Translations under genes and position numbers: made by a program
Shown here: in pieces, positions 1 through 12,700 of the stretch
Position numbering within the stretch: the stretch's first letter is position 1
How the letters are laid out: every line of letters begins with the position of its first letter
The notes under the pieces: generated by a model
What the model was told of the DNA's origin: nothing
What the model saw: only the letters and a program-made list of their open reading frames with translations
The model's database searches: none
Assembly: GCA_051362555.1 (NCBI GenBank)
Contig: CM120641.1
Location: 21,638,001 to 21,702,000 of the forward strand
Origin: Lingula anatina
Taxonomy: Eukaryota; Animalia; Brachiopoda
Direction: 5' to 3'
DNA: 64,000 bases

Positions 1-3000
1 CAGTTCTTTTATGGCCTCTATTTCTTGGGAATATTCTTCCTTGTCATTATACCACGGTTGAATAAAAGATCTCACATTAACAATAATGTCCTCTTTAACC
101 TGTAATGAGGAAAATGTTTGATAACTAGTGACCCTAATTTAATTCTTATGACTTGGAAATGAAGCAAGACTGGAGAGAACTACTTGACATGTTTGAAAAC
201 GTTTTTTCATCGATTCATTAAGTACTTTCTAACGAATCAAGACCACAAGGTGAAAGAATGAAACTATCTACAACATATACTTAGACAAAAATTATTTCTG
301 CATGAATGTATAATCTAGGCAACCTTGGTAAAACATAATAAGAAAAGGCCCACTCACTCAGTTGAGGATAAATAAATTATCAGAAAAATCTCAATCTTTT
401 ACACCGTATTTAAAAACAATCATTTGTTGTTTATTTGCAGCATGATTAAAAAACTATACCTTAACTGCAATGTCAAATGGTTGAAGTTCAGTATTGGGCC
501 CTGTAATTGCCACTGCTGGGAGTTGGATGTTTTCTTCTGGTACAACAACACTCTGAAATATAACAAGCATGTAACACCCCATTTCCATAGATTTTTAGAT
601 CGATCTATCCCTGTGGGGAGTCTCACTAGATTAATGTCAGCTTGGTCGGCTTAAGCGTCTGTCCCGCCTACTAAAAGCAGTAAGGGGGCAATTAACTATG
701 GTGCCCGCTCGGCTGACTGCAATTTAGCGTGAACCCCCCAGGAGTTAGGTCGATCTAAATCTTAATCTCTAGATCAATCTAAATCTCTGGGAAAGCACCC
801 TAAGTCTATGACTAAAAGTGTACAAAATAAACACACCAAACACAAACAGACACAAATTGTCTCTGGGAACATCAATGTACACTTTCAAATGTAAATAAAA
901 CCATTTTATACATCTGGAGTTGTCATTATTCTAATTTCAAATTGCCTTTTAAAATGAAGGGTTGCCTTTTTCACACAAAAACTTGCAAGAAGGACATTAT
1001 ATACATCGACTCTGACATGTAGAGACCATATGGGTAAAAATACAAGAGTACAGGGTTTGATATTTGAATATAACATTTGCCGTCACCATCTTGTTCAATC
1101 AAGTTAATAATAGAGGATCAGAGAGGCGATACCACCTCCACGTATTGTACCACCAACAACTAGAGAGATTACATGTGACCTAAATCCAACAGTGACGTGG
1201 CTGCGGAGCCAATAGAGCTGGCGGATGAGACAGGTCGGGACTAAAATCATGTGTACTGCCAGCACTGCGCTGGTGGTACAATAAGGTCTATGCTTAACTT
1301 TATGGGTAAAGAATCCCTGGCCACCTTAGCCCTTGACACAGACAGATTTGAAAGTAAAGGTGGTGGTCCCTTGGAATAAAACAAATACTCCAACTTAGTG
1401 GTGAAGCTGAGTGTTGGGATAGACCATTAGCCAAACTGAATAATGTCTCAACAAAAAATACCCGAGTCTCTCTCGAGAAAGTGTACGACCTTCAATGGGG
1501 GAGGCAATTAAGGAAAGTAGCAAACTGAGAACACATACAAAATTCAAGAAGGATTTTAAGACCGAAAATTATGTGCTGACCTTTGATAAAGCACAGAGGG
1601 CTATGTTTTGTAAACTAAGAATCAGCGCTCACTCACTCCATATCGAGAAGGGGAGGTACAGTAAATCCCCAACCCCGCCCCATCTAAGATTATGTCAAAT
1701 CTGTAATTCCGGAGAGGTTGAAGACGAAGTGCATTTTATTCTGAAATGCGAGGCCTATAAAGAATTACGGGCAACCTTCTTCGAAAATATAAGTTTCCTC
1801 TGTAATACGAATGCCCTTTCTCCCCCGGATATGTTTATACACATCATGAGTACAAAAGAAATGGATGTGATTACGCCCCTCCTCATATTTGTACAGAAAT
1901 GCATGGAGAAGAGAGTAAGTCTTTCTGCGCATGTCCAAACCAGATCATGATACCAGTGCGAGACCCGTTATGCGCTGTCAGCAGAGACTGGGCGTTTAGA
2001 TCAAACCTGGTAAATTGATTATGAAATGCGACATACGTATCCATTTGTATAGTCATTGATGTCAACCATATGCTAATCTATATATATATTTATCTATTTA
2101 TTTGTCTGTTCTATGTTATAGTTACTGGTATTGTAATTGATTGTACCTTTATGTGAAGGTGTTTGTCAATAAAGAATCTGAAAGAATCTGGTACTTACAT
2201 GCCAACGGAAGGCTATGCGTACATGTTTTGTGGTTAAAGTCCAGTCATTGTGTGCACTCATGGGAATATATAAGTTCATCTTTCTCAAAAATTCAGTCAT
2301 CTGATAAAAAAGAAAGAAAAACCATATTGATCAATCCAGGCCATATTTGAAACACATTGCAGTGGCATTCAAACACATGAAGATCACCAGATAATATCTG
2401 ATAGCATATTTTTGTATCTTGTAAGAATATGATTAAAACACATTGAAAAAGTAAATAATCACATACATATGTGAGCATGATATGTTTACTTTGCATTAAA
2501 GCCAGTTATCAATGTTTTTTTTTCAATATATTCAGACAACAGTTAATGGGGGGAGAGAGAATGGGTGGGATCCAGTTTATATGCACAAGTAAGACTTGTA
2601 TATTATGAACTAGTGATATTTTTTTAGTCAATGGGAAAAATAATGTAATAAAACTCACCTTTTCTGTAGATAAGGTTTTAAATCTTAACATTTCTGCTTC
2701 AGGATCCTAAAATAAAGGTGATCATATTTTCAATCCACTTCAATGATCTGTTTCACAACTCAAATTATTATTATTAAAATTAAGAAAATGGATTATCAAC
2801 TATTTCTCTTCACTGACAATTAACAAAAATATTAACTGAAAGTGAATTAATTAATGTAAATTATTTTATACGTTAATGTAATTCACAAATTAGATAGAAG
2901 TACCAACAACACTCACTGGTTCTGGTTCAGTCTGTACAGGGTACAATGCACTATTTTCAGGTGTACTGTAGACTGCAATTCCTACAGGAAGCAAATACAG

Positions 3001-4971
3001 TCTTGCCATGTTCTTTTTCATGAACACTAAATCCCCTTTAACACCTAGGCCTGTAAATAAGAAGTGAAATTATCAGATACAAACTGATATCATTCCTCTC
3101 TGGTGAAGTAAAAACTTTTAATAAAACCATAACTTAACTGTTTATCACAAAACTGGCTTTATTTTGACACTTCAAAACGATCAAACTGTATGCAGTAATA
3201 TGACCTATCCAATCCAAGCATCCAAAATATACAAAACACCTAGCTGTTTTTGAAATACAGTGGAAAATGACAGAAAAAAAAACTGCATCCCATTCAGATA
3301 ACTACAAAATATCACATCACTGTACCTAATACATCCCGAGTCAGTATAACTGGCATTGGAGGTTCCTTCTCCATAACAGGAGCTGTCTTTGCATCTTTTC
3401 CCATATTTTTTTCCATTTTTTTCTTGTCAACTTCTTCATAGACATAATTCTTCTTCTTGAAAAATGGCACAGATCCTTTTTTAACAAGCCTCATTGGATA
3501 TCTTCTTTTCAACACATAGGATGCTGAAGGCTGGCCTAACCCCTTCTCTTGAAGTTTTTCTAAATAATTACTTTTCAATTCATTCACCTTAGAACTTGAA
3601 GACTGCTTCTAAAAAATAAAGTAGGAATATCTGTATTACATTGTGTTACATAATATATGTAACTGGCTATCAAAGCAAAAACAAGGAAAACAAGAGGATC
3701 AGAGAGGCAATACCGCCTCCAGATATCGTACCACCAGCTGGAGTAAGCGCATTCATATGGAAAACTAAAGGGTCACCTCAGCAAAAAAAAATGGACACCA
3801 CCTACAGTATTGCGCTTGACAAGTTCTACAAAATGCAAAATGCAAAAAAAAAAAATAATAATAATAATAATAATAAATAAATAAATAAAAAATAAATAAA
3901 AATAAAAAAAAGGTCTCTAGCATTTATGGTTCCAAAATTAGAGAGAGTTTTCATTTTCAGTATCTAATGGCTGCTTCTCCCATGAAAATGCACTGTTGAC
4001 CCCAAACTCCCAAAGATTAAAGGAGTCCCTGATTATACTTAGGTCTGTGTAGTTTCTGAAAATTGGTAAAAACAATTTTTTTTTTTGCAGAAAATTCCCA
4101 ATTTTAGAAAATTTGCACCGTTTGACCTTGAAATAAAGGTCGAAAGTCAAAACCAAGGGCATATTTGGAATTTCCACATTTCTGTAGTAATTTTTCCCCT
4201 AATTTCTTTGGTTTTGGAGATATTTAGCATTGAATTTTCAAAAATTTCGACAAGGGTGTGTTTCAGCAAGTGTCACCCCCAGGCCAATGCACTGACTGAG
4301 ACAACAACAAAAAAAAAAAAAAAAGGGGGGGGGGGGTTCAAGTTGAGATTATATGTGACCTAAATCAAAGAGATGGGGACAGGTCCTTGTGGTCTAAGAG
4401 GAGAAGCGGTAATGGTGACTTGAACCCAAGTCACCCTTCGGAGCCAACGGAGCCATATGAGACGGGTCGGGACTAAAACCATGAGTACTGCCAGCGTACA
4501 CGCTGGTGGTACTAATGAAACCCATATTAAATCTGAATTTAAAAAAGATTTATTGTCAAGTGGATAAAGCACATTTTAAGTGAGTTGAAAGCTGAGAATG
4601 TGGGTTTGTTTCACAAAATGTCTGAAGACATTTTTAAGCTAATCTATTAACCTACAAAGATTTAGCTGACTATAAGCTGTGTTTTACAAACAATAAAAAT
4701 GGCGAGATTAGCATATTGGGGCATGTCAAATAATTTATTGTGGGTAAATCTTTCTTAAGAACTCTTACAAAGAAGTACTTTCAGATATTCTTTCAGTAAT
4801 TTAAATAGGCCCCTGATGACATTTTGTTAGCGATGTATTAGATATCCCCCAATACTTAATCAAGTCTACATTGTAAATCCCAAAAATTCTTACCTTCATC
4901 TGAGTAACAAATAACGACTGGATGTCTTTAAAAAGAGGAGAGCAAAGACGACATGCAACAAGACCCCTCAT
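1..4971 (-). CDS. MRPL9: Mitochondrial ribosomal protein L9 (bL9m), multi-exon, 3' end outside window
   Basis: Phase-consistent GT-AG exons on the minus strand: 4971-4894 (MRGLVACRLCSPLFK..., presequence-like), 3608-3326 (...PMPVILTRDVL), 3050-2917 (GLGVKGDLVFMKKNMARLYLLPVGIAVYSTPEN, the L9 N-domain signature), 2706-2659, 2300-2199 (MTEFLRKMNLYIPM...WTLT), 552-460 (SVVVPEENIQLP), and 99-1 (open to the window edge). A probable non-coding first exon ends at a GTAAGT donor at 6458. Confidence 0.9.
596..757. mobile_element. Short MITE-like foldback element
   Basis: Imperfect ~45-bp terminal inverted repeats (TAGATCGATCTATCCCTGTGGGG... / ...CCCCCCAGGAGTTAGGTCGATCTA) in an MRPL9 intron. Confidence 0.5.
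1111..1279 (-). mobile_element. Minimal (~170 bp) Helentron-associated non-autonomous element (HINE-like), copy D
   Basis: Retains only the ends of the family at 25889-27912: TAGAGGATCAGAGAGGCGATACCACCTC, subterminal GTACCACCA, and the terminal GTACTGCCAGC...GCTGGTGGTAC hairpin. Confidence 0.75.
1430..2190 (+). mobile_element. 5'-truncated non-LTR retrotransposon (L2/Crack/CR1-like), 3' end of ORF2 plus 3' UTR
   Basis: ORF 1495-1950 has the typical ORF2 C-terminus (KLRTH..FK..F..E.Y, KLRISAHSLHIEKGRY, RLCQIC..GEVEDEVHFILKC..Y..LR). It ends in AATAAA and a tandem AAAGAATCTG tail at ~2168-2190. The left boundary is approximate. Confidence 0.85.
3691..4512 (-). mobile_element. HINE-like (Helentron-associated) element, copy C, no internal tandem array
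   Basis: Reverse-complement similarity to both conserved ends and the body of 25889-27912, including the subTIR GTACCACCAGC, the GAGGC hairpin and the terminal palindrome. Confidence 0.8.
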
Positions 4972-5898
4972 CTTGCACCTGAGATTCTGAAACAAACAAT
5001 TGAAATTAAATTGTGAATAACAGGTTATTTTTCCAAATATTCTAGTTGCAGTAATCACACAACATCACAAGCAGCAGATCAAAGCTCACTTATTACACAA
5101 CAAATATATTTAAATGCATTTATCCCTAAAACAACAGCCTCAGCACCAGTAAAAGATTGTCAACTGTCTCCTCACTTTTAGTTGCGCCTGTCTACGTAAC
5201 ACCCACAAACATCCACAAATGAGCACAAGTGCCACAAGCATAAAATGTTTAGGAAATAAGTAAATATTTGCAAGTTTGCATTAGAAGGTATTGTAATTTG
5301 GAAAACAGTATATAGTGTCCTTATATGTACTTAGCAGGCCTACTGAACAATAAGAGAGAGAATATGGTTGTGTCCACAAGTGCCGTTGGGCACAAACAGT
5401 TGAAAAAATCAACAATTAAACACACTTATCATACAATGTATTTTGTTCATATTTCATAATAACACTTGCTATTATTCACACCTTTTGTTTGTTATAACAA
5501 TGCCATTATTGGTGAACATGCAAAATATTGTTTTTGGTTCTTTGCTCTGCTACTACGGGCACATGCATGCTTCCATTTTATAGGTGCGTCCAACCATATT
5601 ATGTTAAACTGTCGATCTTCCTACTATTTTATGCCTGTGGATGCTTGAGGTCACTTGTCTGTACTTATGGACAAAGCTATTTTCACTGTTATCCTATATG
5701 CTGTTTTTCACAGTATCTTTTTTACGTAATATATATCCAACCATTTTATGCTTGTGGACCTGGTGATCCTTAAAGAGATAACAACTGTTCATTTTGGCCA
5801 AAAAAAAAAAAAAAAAAGAAATATCCTGGGTAAAACAACAATTTCCCCATACTTATAAATGGTTAATGAATCCATTTCTACATTCAAAGTTAGTCCCT

Positions 5899-5946
<48 letters not shown>

Positions 5947-6458
5947 CTAAAAAGTTTGTTTTTTTGTAATAATCTCTTAAGAGATTATTACAGAGTATGG
6001 CCATCTTTGGAGATCACATGGTCAGATGGCAAGTACAGATTTCAGAATAATTGCTTTAACTGCCGTTTTTGTGGTAAAATAGAATATATTATATTTCTAT
6101 GAGTTGCTTACAATATTTTTATTGTAAAATTTAGATTTCATACGAATAGTTGCTATCCCTTTAAGTTGACTGCCAGACCGCTTTTAATTCTCGATAAATA
6201 ATGATTACAGTAAACTGAAGTTCTTTTGAACCCCACCGACCCCCCTGTTTATGTATATAAACCGTATATAATTTTGCCAAGGCATACATTTTGGCCTAGA
6301 CTCCCCAAAAACTGAGGTTGAACAGACTTTTTGCAAATGGCACTGCCACAGTGCACTTATTGAGTGGGAATAAGTAGCCAAAGAAATTCATGTCGGTTTA
6401 ATTTGAATTAACAACAATCTATAACTCTTAACAGTTATGGTTGCTAAGTCTGACTTAC

Positions 6459-6731
6459 GAGGGTTTCCGGACGCTAGGTCTCTCCCCCTTCTCGTTTTCG
6501 ATCTCCTGAAAACACCGGAAGCATGCTCCAAAATAGCACAGCTACGGAGAAACGAAGTTAATTACCACATATTTTTAATACAAAATTTGAAATATACAAA
6601 GCAGTCAAAACCGATTTAAATAATAATCACTTCTTTCTTTTTTGCCAAATAAATAAATATAAATTCTTCTGGTTAACACTATTTTGTATATTGTGTTACG
6701 GAGAAACCGGGGACTCGGAAGTACAGGAAAG
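6459..6731. promoter_or_regulatory. Probable bidirectional promoter shared by MRPL9 and COMMD4
   Basis: The minus-strand splice donor at 6458 and the COMMD4 ATG at 6732 are <300 bp apart. The region is locally CpG-richer, with ETS-like CCGGAA/CGGAAG sites and a repeated TACGGAGAAAC (~6543, ~6697). Confidence 0.65.
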
Positions 6732-9700
6732 ATGGTAAGTTGTAGAGGGTCCAGCGATAAGAGTAGAAACCAATCTAGATTCAAGTGTGCATAAACTGTG
6801 AAACACAGTGGCTTGAAACGTCTAGTTATATCTAGATAGTTTTAACCATGCACTACCAGTGGGAATGATGTAAACCTATGGGGGTGGGTGGATTTAAAGG
6901 CACGATTTAAGCCCCCCCCCCCCCTCAAACACACACACCTCCCGCCGCAATGTCACTTTTATGTGGCCAGTCAAATACAGCAAGGTGATTAAAGATGGAT
7001 GACTGTGGTATTATGTGTATCGTTTGATAAACAAAGAAAACAATAAGATAAATAAAGAAAAAAGATGCAATGAAGCAGCCTCATTAAGTACTGTAGAATT
7101 AGTTATATTTACAAAACATATTCATATTTCAGAGGTTCCATTTCTGTGGTGACTTGGACTGCCCTGACTGGGTGCTGGCAGAGATCAGCATACTAGCAAA
7201 ATTGGTAGGTCAATTACATGGGAGAGCCAAGTGCAGTGTTTTGTGTCAATATGATGTACCTGTATCTTGATAAAGGAATATAAGACATTACTTTCCATAC
7301 TACGTAAAGTTAATCAAATTCAAAAGACAGTGATGTTTTTCTTGTTTATGACCATAAAGGGATAATTACTCTTCGTATGAACTCTTCATATGAGACTCAA
7401 ATCTCCACAATAAAAATATTGTAAAGAACACATGGAAATAAAATAAATGCTATTTTAATTACCAACAAAATGACAGTTATCGTAATTATTCTGAAATCTG
7501 TGCTTGTATGGCACCAGACCACATTGACCTTCATAGAACATTACCCTTGTTATCACGTTATCACAAATCCACACTCTTTATTAAAAATCGACTGGGTTTG
7601 AATGTCAGAACGGATTTATTAACCATTGGTTACTGTAGGAATATTGTCGTTTTCCCCAGGAAAATCTGTTATTGAAATGTTGTTATCCCTTTAATACTTG
7701 ATCACAATATGACAGACAATTTGTTTGGAAAGTTTCTGTCTCTAACAACATTTGTTTTTATATTTTGGAGCAGTAGCCAGTCTTGAAATAGTCCACTGAG
7801 TGAAGGAAATGTAATGAATATGACAGGTGACATCAGAAGTAGAACACCAACTCATTCTATTTTTTGGTGAAAAAAATATTGTTTGTATTTGTTTGTTTAA
7901 AATCACATAATTGTACTTATGCATTTATTTTTAGACATCTATCAAAATGAAACTGCTGTGTGCACAAGTGATGAAAGATATGCTTGGAAGTGGAATTGAC
8001 GTGAGTGTTAATCTCAAACAGCTTCATTTCTTATTCTGGATTTCTATAAGAGAGCATTTTAACCATGCAGGCCTGTTTTTTTGTCTTGCAATAAATATTG
8101 CAGTGCTCAGTTTAAAACAAATGTCCGGAGTGCTGTTTCTTTACTTTTGACATCAAATTGATAATGCCAATGTATATGATTATTGGCAGATGCTGAAAAG
8201 AATCATACAAAACTTTTGTGTTAAGTAACAATTCTCATTGATAAGAATCACTTACTTTGGAACAAAGTTTTCTGTAACAGCTATGGTTCACCCTATTCAG
8301 CACAGCATGATATGGGTGAATAACAACAGGTCTTTGGGATTTATTTGACCTGTGAACAATTTCACTAGGGGTTGCAATCAGTGAAATGGCTGCAAATTTA
8401 TGTAAGCAAAATTCTGTAACCATATAGATCTATTCTGTATTTGAGTGGTAATTTGCTTAGTTTGATGGTTGCTAACTTCTATACGTTAATGCCAGGAGAA
8501 TTAGTTTGCCTTTTTTTATTACAAAAATATTTCAAGTAGTCCAAATTTCTACATATGAGATAGGAAGTTTTTAATTATACTTTTGGCCTATTTGTTTTGG
8601 TGAAAATTTGATCAATCTGCTTAAAATTACATTGTTACATTAGTCTTATTTGAAAGATGATAAAGCAGCTTTTTATTTTTTATTATATTTAATGTTTTAT
8701 TTAGAAGATCACTTTGCATTTCAGTATGAAAAAGTCTATAAGCTCACTACAGATGCAAAATTTGGTAGGTATAGTTTTGTTATACTTAAAGGCATACAAT
8801 GTGTGTTATATAAGACCTTTTTGTAGAGAAGAAATGGATTTTTAAAAATATCTAAAATTTTCCCTTGATTGCCAATTTGACATGCCCTTCCAAAAGTTCT
8901 GATAATGACAATATATTGGCGCATTTTCAAGTTTTTGATTTATATTTTAACAATTACAAGAGAAATTCACCAGTCTCCATCTCTGTTACAAAATTGAATC
9001 AAAGCAACAAAAAAAAAAAAAAAAAAAAAAAAAGATAAAAACTTAGATCTTAAAAATAATTTCATAGAATAGAATTTTGTCATTGGGTTTGGGTATTGTC
9101 TACCTTGCAATTAAGGGGGAAATGTTAAATTTCCAGGATTTTTTTTTTTTTTCATTTTTTATATCATAAACTTGGGTGGGAGTCAAATTTTCTAATGTGC
9201 CCTGTTTGCCTTTAACACAATGTCTATATTTCTCTATACAAGCAACAGGAGCATTAAAAATTTTGTCTTGTCTCACCTACCACAATCCTCCAGATTTTAT
9301 TATGTCCAAAGTTCCACCTGGCAATGTTGACCTTGATTTTTTGTCTCATGAAATAAAAATGTTTAAAAAACGTTTGATCAATAAACAATGTATTTTTGTT
9401 GCAACGTACAAGTTTATTACAGAAAATAGTGAAGATTATATAACATTTATTAAATCACACATATTCACACCAAATGGGAAATACTTGTTTAAGTTAGGTT
9501 TGAAATTGAAATTGGTATATTTGCTAACATTGATATCTGTAATTATCAGCAAGTTATTGGACTAGAACCATTAAGGGAAAAAGCGGCCTTAATGGTGACT
9601 TTTATGTACATTTAATATTTCTACTATTTGTTATGTAAAATATGTCAAAATCTCTTTGACAGTCTAAGGACAGCACCCTGAGCTTCAGAGCTAACTTGAC

Positions 9701-12700
9701 ACTAACCTTTTCACTGTAGCCTATCTCCATCGTGTCAAGTTACCTCTGACCAGATTCGATTGCCTCCGCCGCCCGCCAATCAAATTTAAAAGCCCGCACT
9801 CAATGACTCATTAAACGATCTAGCCAATGAACGCGAACGAGTCAAAGCGCGCTTTGTTCAAATCCGGACCAATCAAAGATAAGGCTGAATATCAGGGTCT
9901 TGCCGTAACCTGTGGGCAGCACGCAAATAACATCGTCTCTCAGTAGATAATGATGCAGGGCATCATACTGCTCTGGTTTCAATTCCGATATACTCCATGC
10001 TTTCTTTGTGTACGGTTATGCACTCGGAACCACTCGGAACTACTCGGATGTCTCCGCACTCGACAATAACTATGTTGTTAGTATGGAGCTTGCGGAATCA
10101 GCCGAGGATTGCCGATTGACGATCAACCAATCAGCGTTTTCACCAAACTTTGGTGAAAAATTTTGAAACATGGATTCGATTGGCTTATATAAAATAGGTC
10201 AAACTATTTTCGTCAGAGGTAACTTGACACGATGGAGATAGGCTACAGTGAAAAGGTTAGTGTCAAGTTAGCTCTGAAGCTCAGGGTGAAGGACAGTGAC
10301 CAGGGGCTGGTTTTACAAAAAAATTTCCTCAAAAATTTATTACAACTTTCGGACCATAATTGTGGTCTATTTGAGTTCAAGAAAAAACTAATAGTAGTCC
10401 GAGGAAATATTGGACTGGGGCCATATTCTCGAAAGGTTTAACTTTCAAATTCTTGTAATTTTTCATGAAGTCCGATCATTTGTAAGTTACAAAGTTTCCA
10501 GAATACTGCCCCAGAGGTATTGGACTTTACTTTGTTGTTTAATATTTACAACAGGTGCAATTTTTCACTTATTTTGACTACTACTGATTTATCTTTGGTC
10601 TAAAAGTGCAATTTTCAGGATAAATGAATTTTGGGAAACAAGCCCTAGGTCATATTTTTAATTAAAAGTCGAAGGGACTTGACTGACTTTCTCCTTGTTG
10701 ATATTCCAGAGCTTGGTGACGTGAAAGCAAGTATTGCTGCCCTGACCTTTATCTTCTCTAGTGCAGCCAAGTATAGTGTTGAGGGGGAGGCTTTGTCCAA
10801 TGAATTGCAGCAACTTGGCTTACCAAAAGGTGATAGATATTTATTGCAGTGCTTGTGATATTGACATAACCATTTGTTGAGAAGAATTGGTAATTGCACA
10901 CTAAATTTGAAGAAAAAAGGTTTATTGCATTTGCTAAATTATTGATTTGTGACTAGCACCTGAAAAATATTTTATGTTTATGTCTTCCTTTTCTGTATAA
11001 TGATTTTATGATCTTGTTTTATTTTAATTATTTTTCAAAAATCAGAAATTCAGAGCAAAAACTAAGCAAGATGTTTGCTTTGCAGTAAAGCAATGATTAT
11101 TAAGAAAGGAAAGGGGAAAAATAAGTTAAGATTTCTACATTTGAGTAACCCACACCACAGGCTTATCACTTATCACATGTTTCATTCTAATTAGCAGCTG
11201 AAGGCTTTCATTCCCCATGGGTTTTTATCTGTGTAGGATGCTAGTCTATAGTGAGCTTTTTTTCCAATAGTTTTTCACCGGATCCGTACTCTTATAAGAT
11301 GAAACCATTTTCTGTGGCAGCATATTACTACAGTTGTCCTGGGATCTAACACAGAACTAATGCCTTTGGTTATTTATGTAAGATGGTGTTTTTGTGTTAA
11401 GTGTACTGTGTTGCGTAACTCGACTCTCTCTTTTATTTTGCACACAATAGTTTTTCTTTGCAATGATTATTATAATAAAAGTAAAAAAAAAGATGCATTC
11501 TAGGGCACATTCCCAATGAAACTATTGTTTAAAGTAGATTGATCCAACTCTACAGGGGCTCTCGCTGAATGCAATCAGATTAACTGATTGCACGCCTTCT
11601 CAAGCAGCTAAGAAGTGATTATATATATATTCTTTATGGTCATGTGATCTAACACAAAACTTATATCTTGGATTATTTATGTCAAATGGCATTTTTGTGT
11701 TTTTTGTAGTCTGTCGCCCTCGCAACTTTTAAAAACACTTTTATTTTGTGCACGATAGATGCATTTAAAAGTTGCCTAAATAAAGGATTCCTACATATGA
11801 GTAATCAACAAGATATTATACAGGCTAGTACTTATCTCTTGTTTCTATTCTATTTAGCAGCTCAGGGCTTTTATTCCCCCATGGATTACTTGTACAAGTA
11901 GGATACTGGTCTACAGCGTGTTTCTTCTCAATTGCTCTTCACCGGATACTCTTATAAGATTAAACTCTTTTCTGTGGCAGCATATCATCAAGAGTTAGTT
12001 AATTGTCTTGGGACCTAACACGGAACTAATGCCTTGGGTTATTTATGTCAAAGGGTTTTTTGTGTTAAGTGTAGTCTGTTGCCCTCATAACTTGCACTCT
12101 CTTTTATTTTTGCACAATGATTTATTGTCTGTGTCATTTAATGTTTAAAATGTGCTGGGTATAGATTATTGCAGAAAGGTAGTGCAACAGTAAAAGCTTC
12201 TTTATAATTTTATGATCAGCACATCAGATAAAAACTGTTGTTAATAACTGGTCTACTAGATTCATGTATCATGATTTTTTTTCTTTTTTTCTGATTAAAA
12301 GAAACATCTTTGTTGTGGTATATGGTGTTGTGCAACTGACAGTTCTTGTTTACAGGGGTTGAAAACTGGTATTACTAAGATGCCAGAAAATGTTGCATTT
12401 TTCCCATTCTTCATGACTGGATTGTCTGGACAGCAATTGCAGATATGATTTTTTGTGTGTAGAAAGTAATAGTGGCACTAATCTGTATTGTGTTTTCTTG
12501 GCAACTTCCAGAAATGGGAAAGGTTCATGATAAAAAGGGATCCCAGATGATTACTCTGAAGATTTTGCAACTAACCATTTAGATACTACAGATTAGCATG
12601 GAACCCATAGAATAATCCAAACACAATCCTGTTATGAATCTCACACATATTTGTCAGAGTGATTTTCACAGTTGACTGTTGGACTGTGAACTGTATGCCT

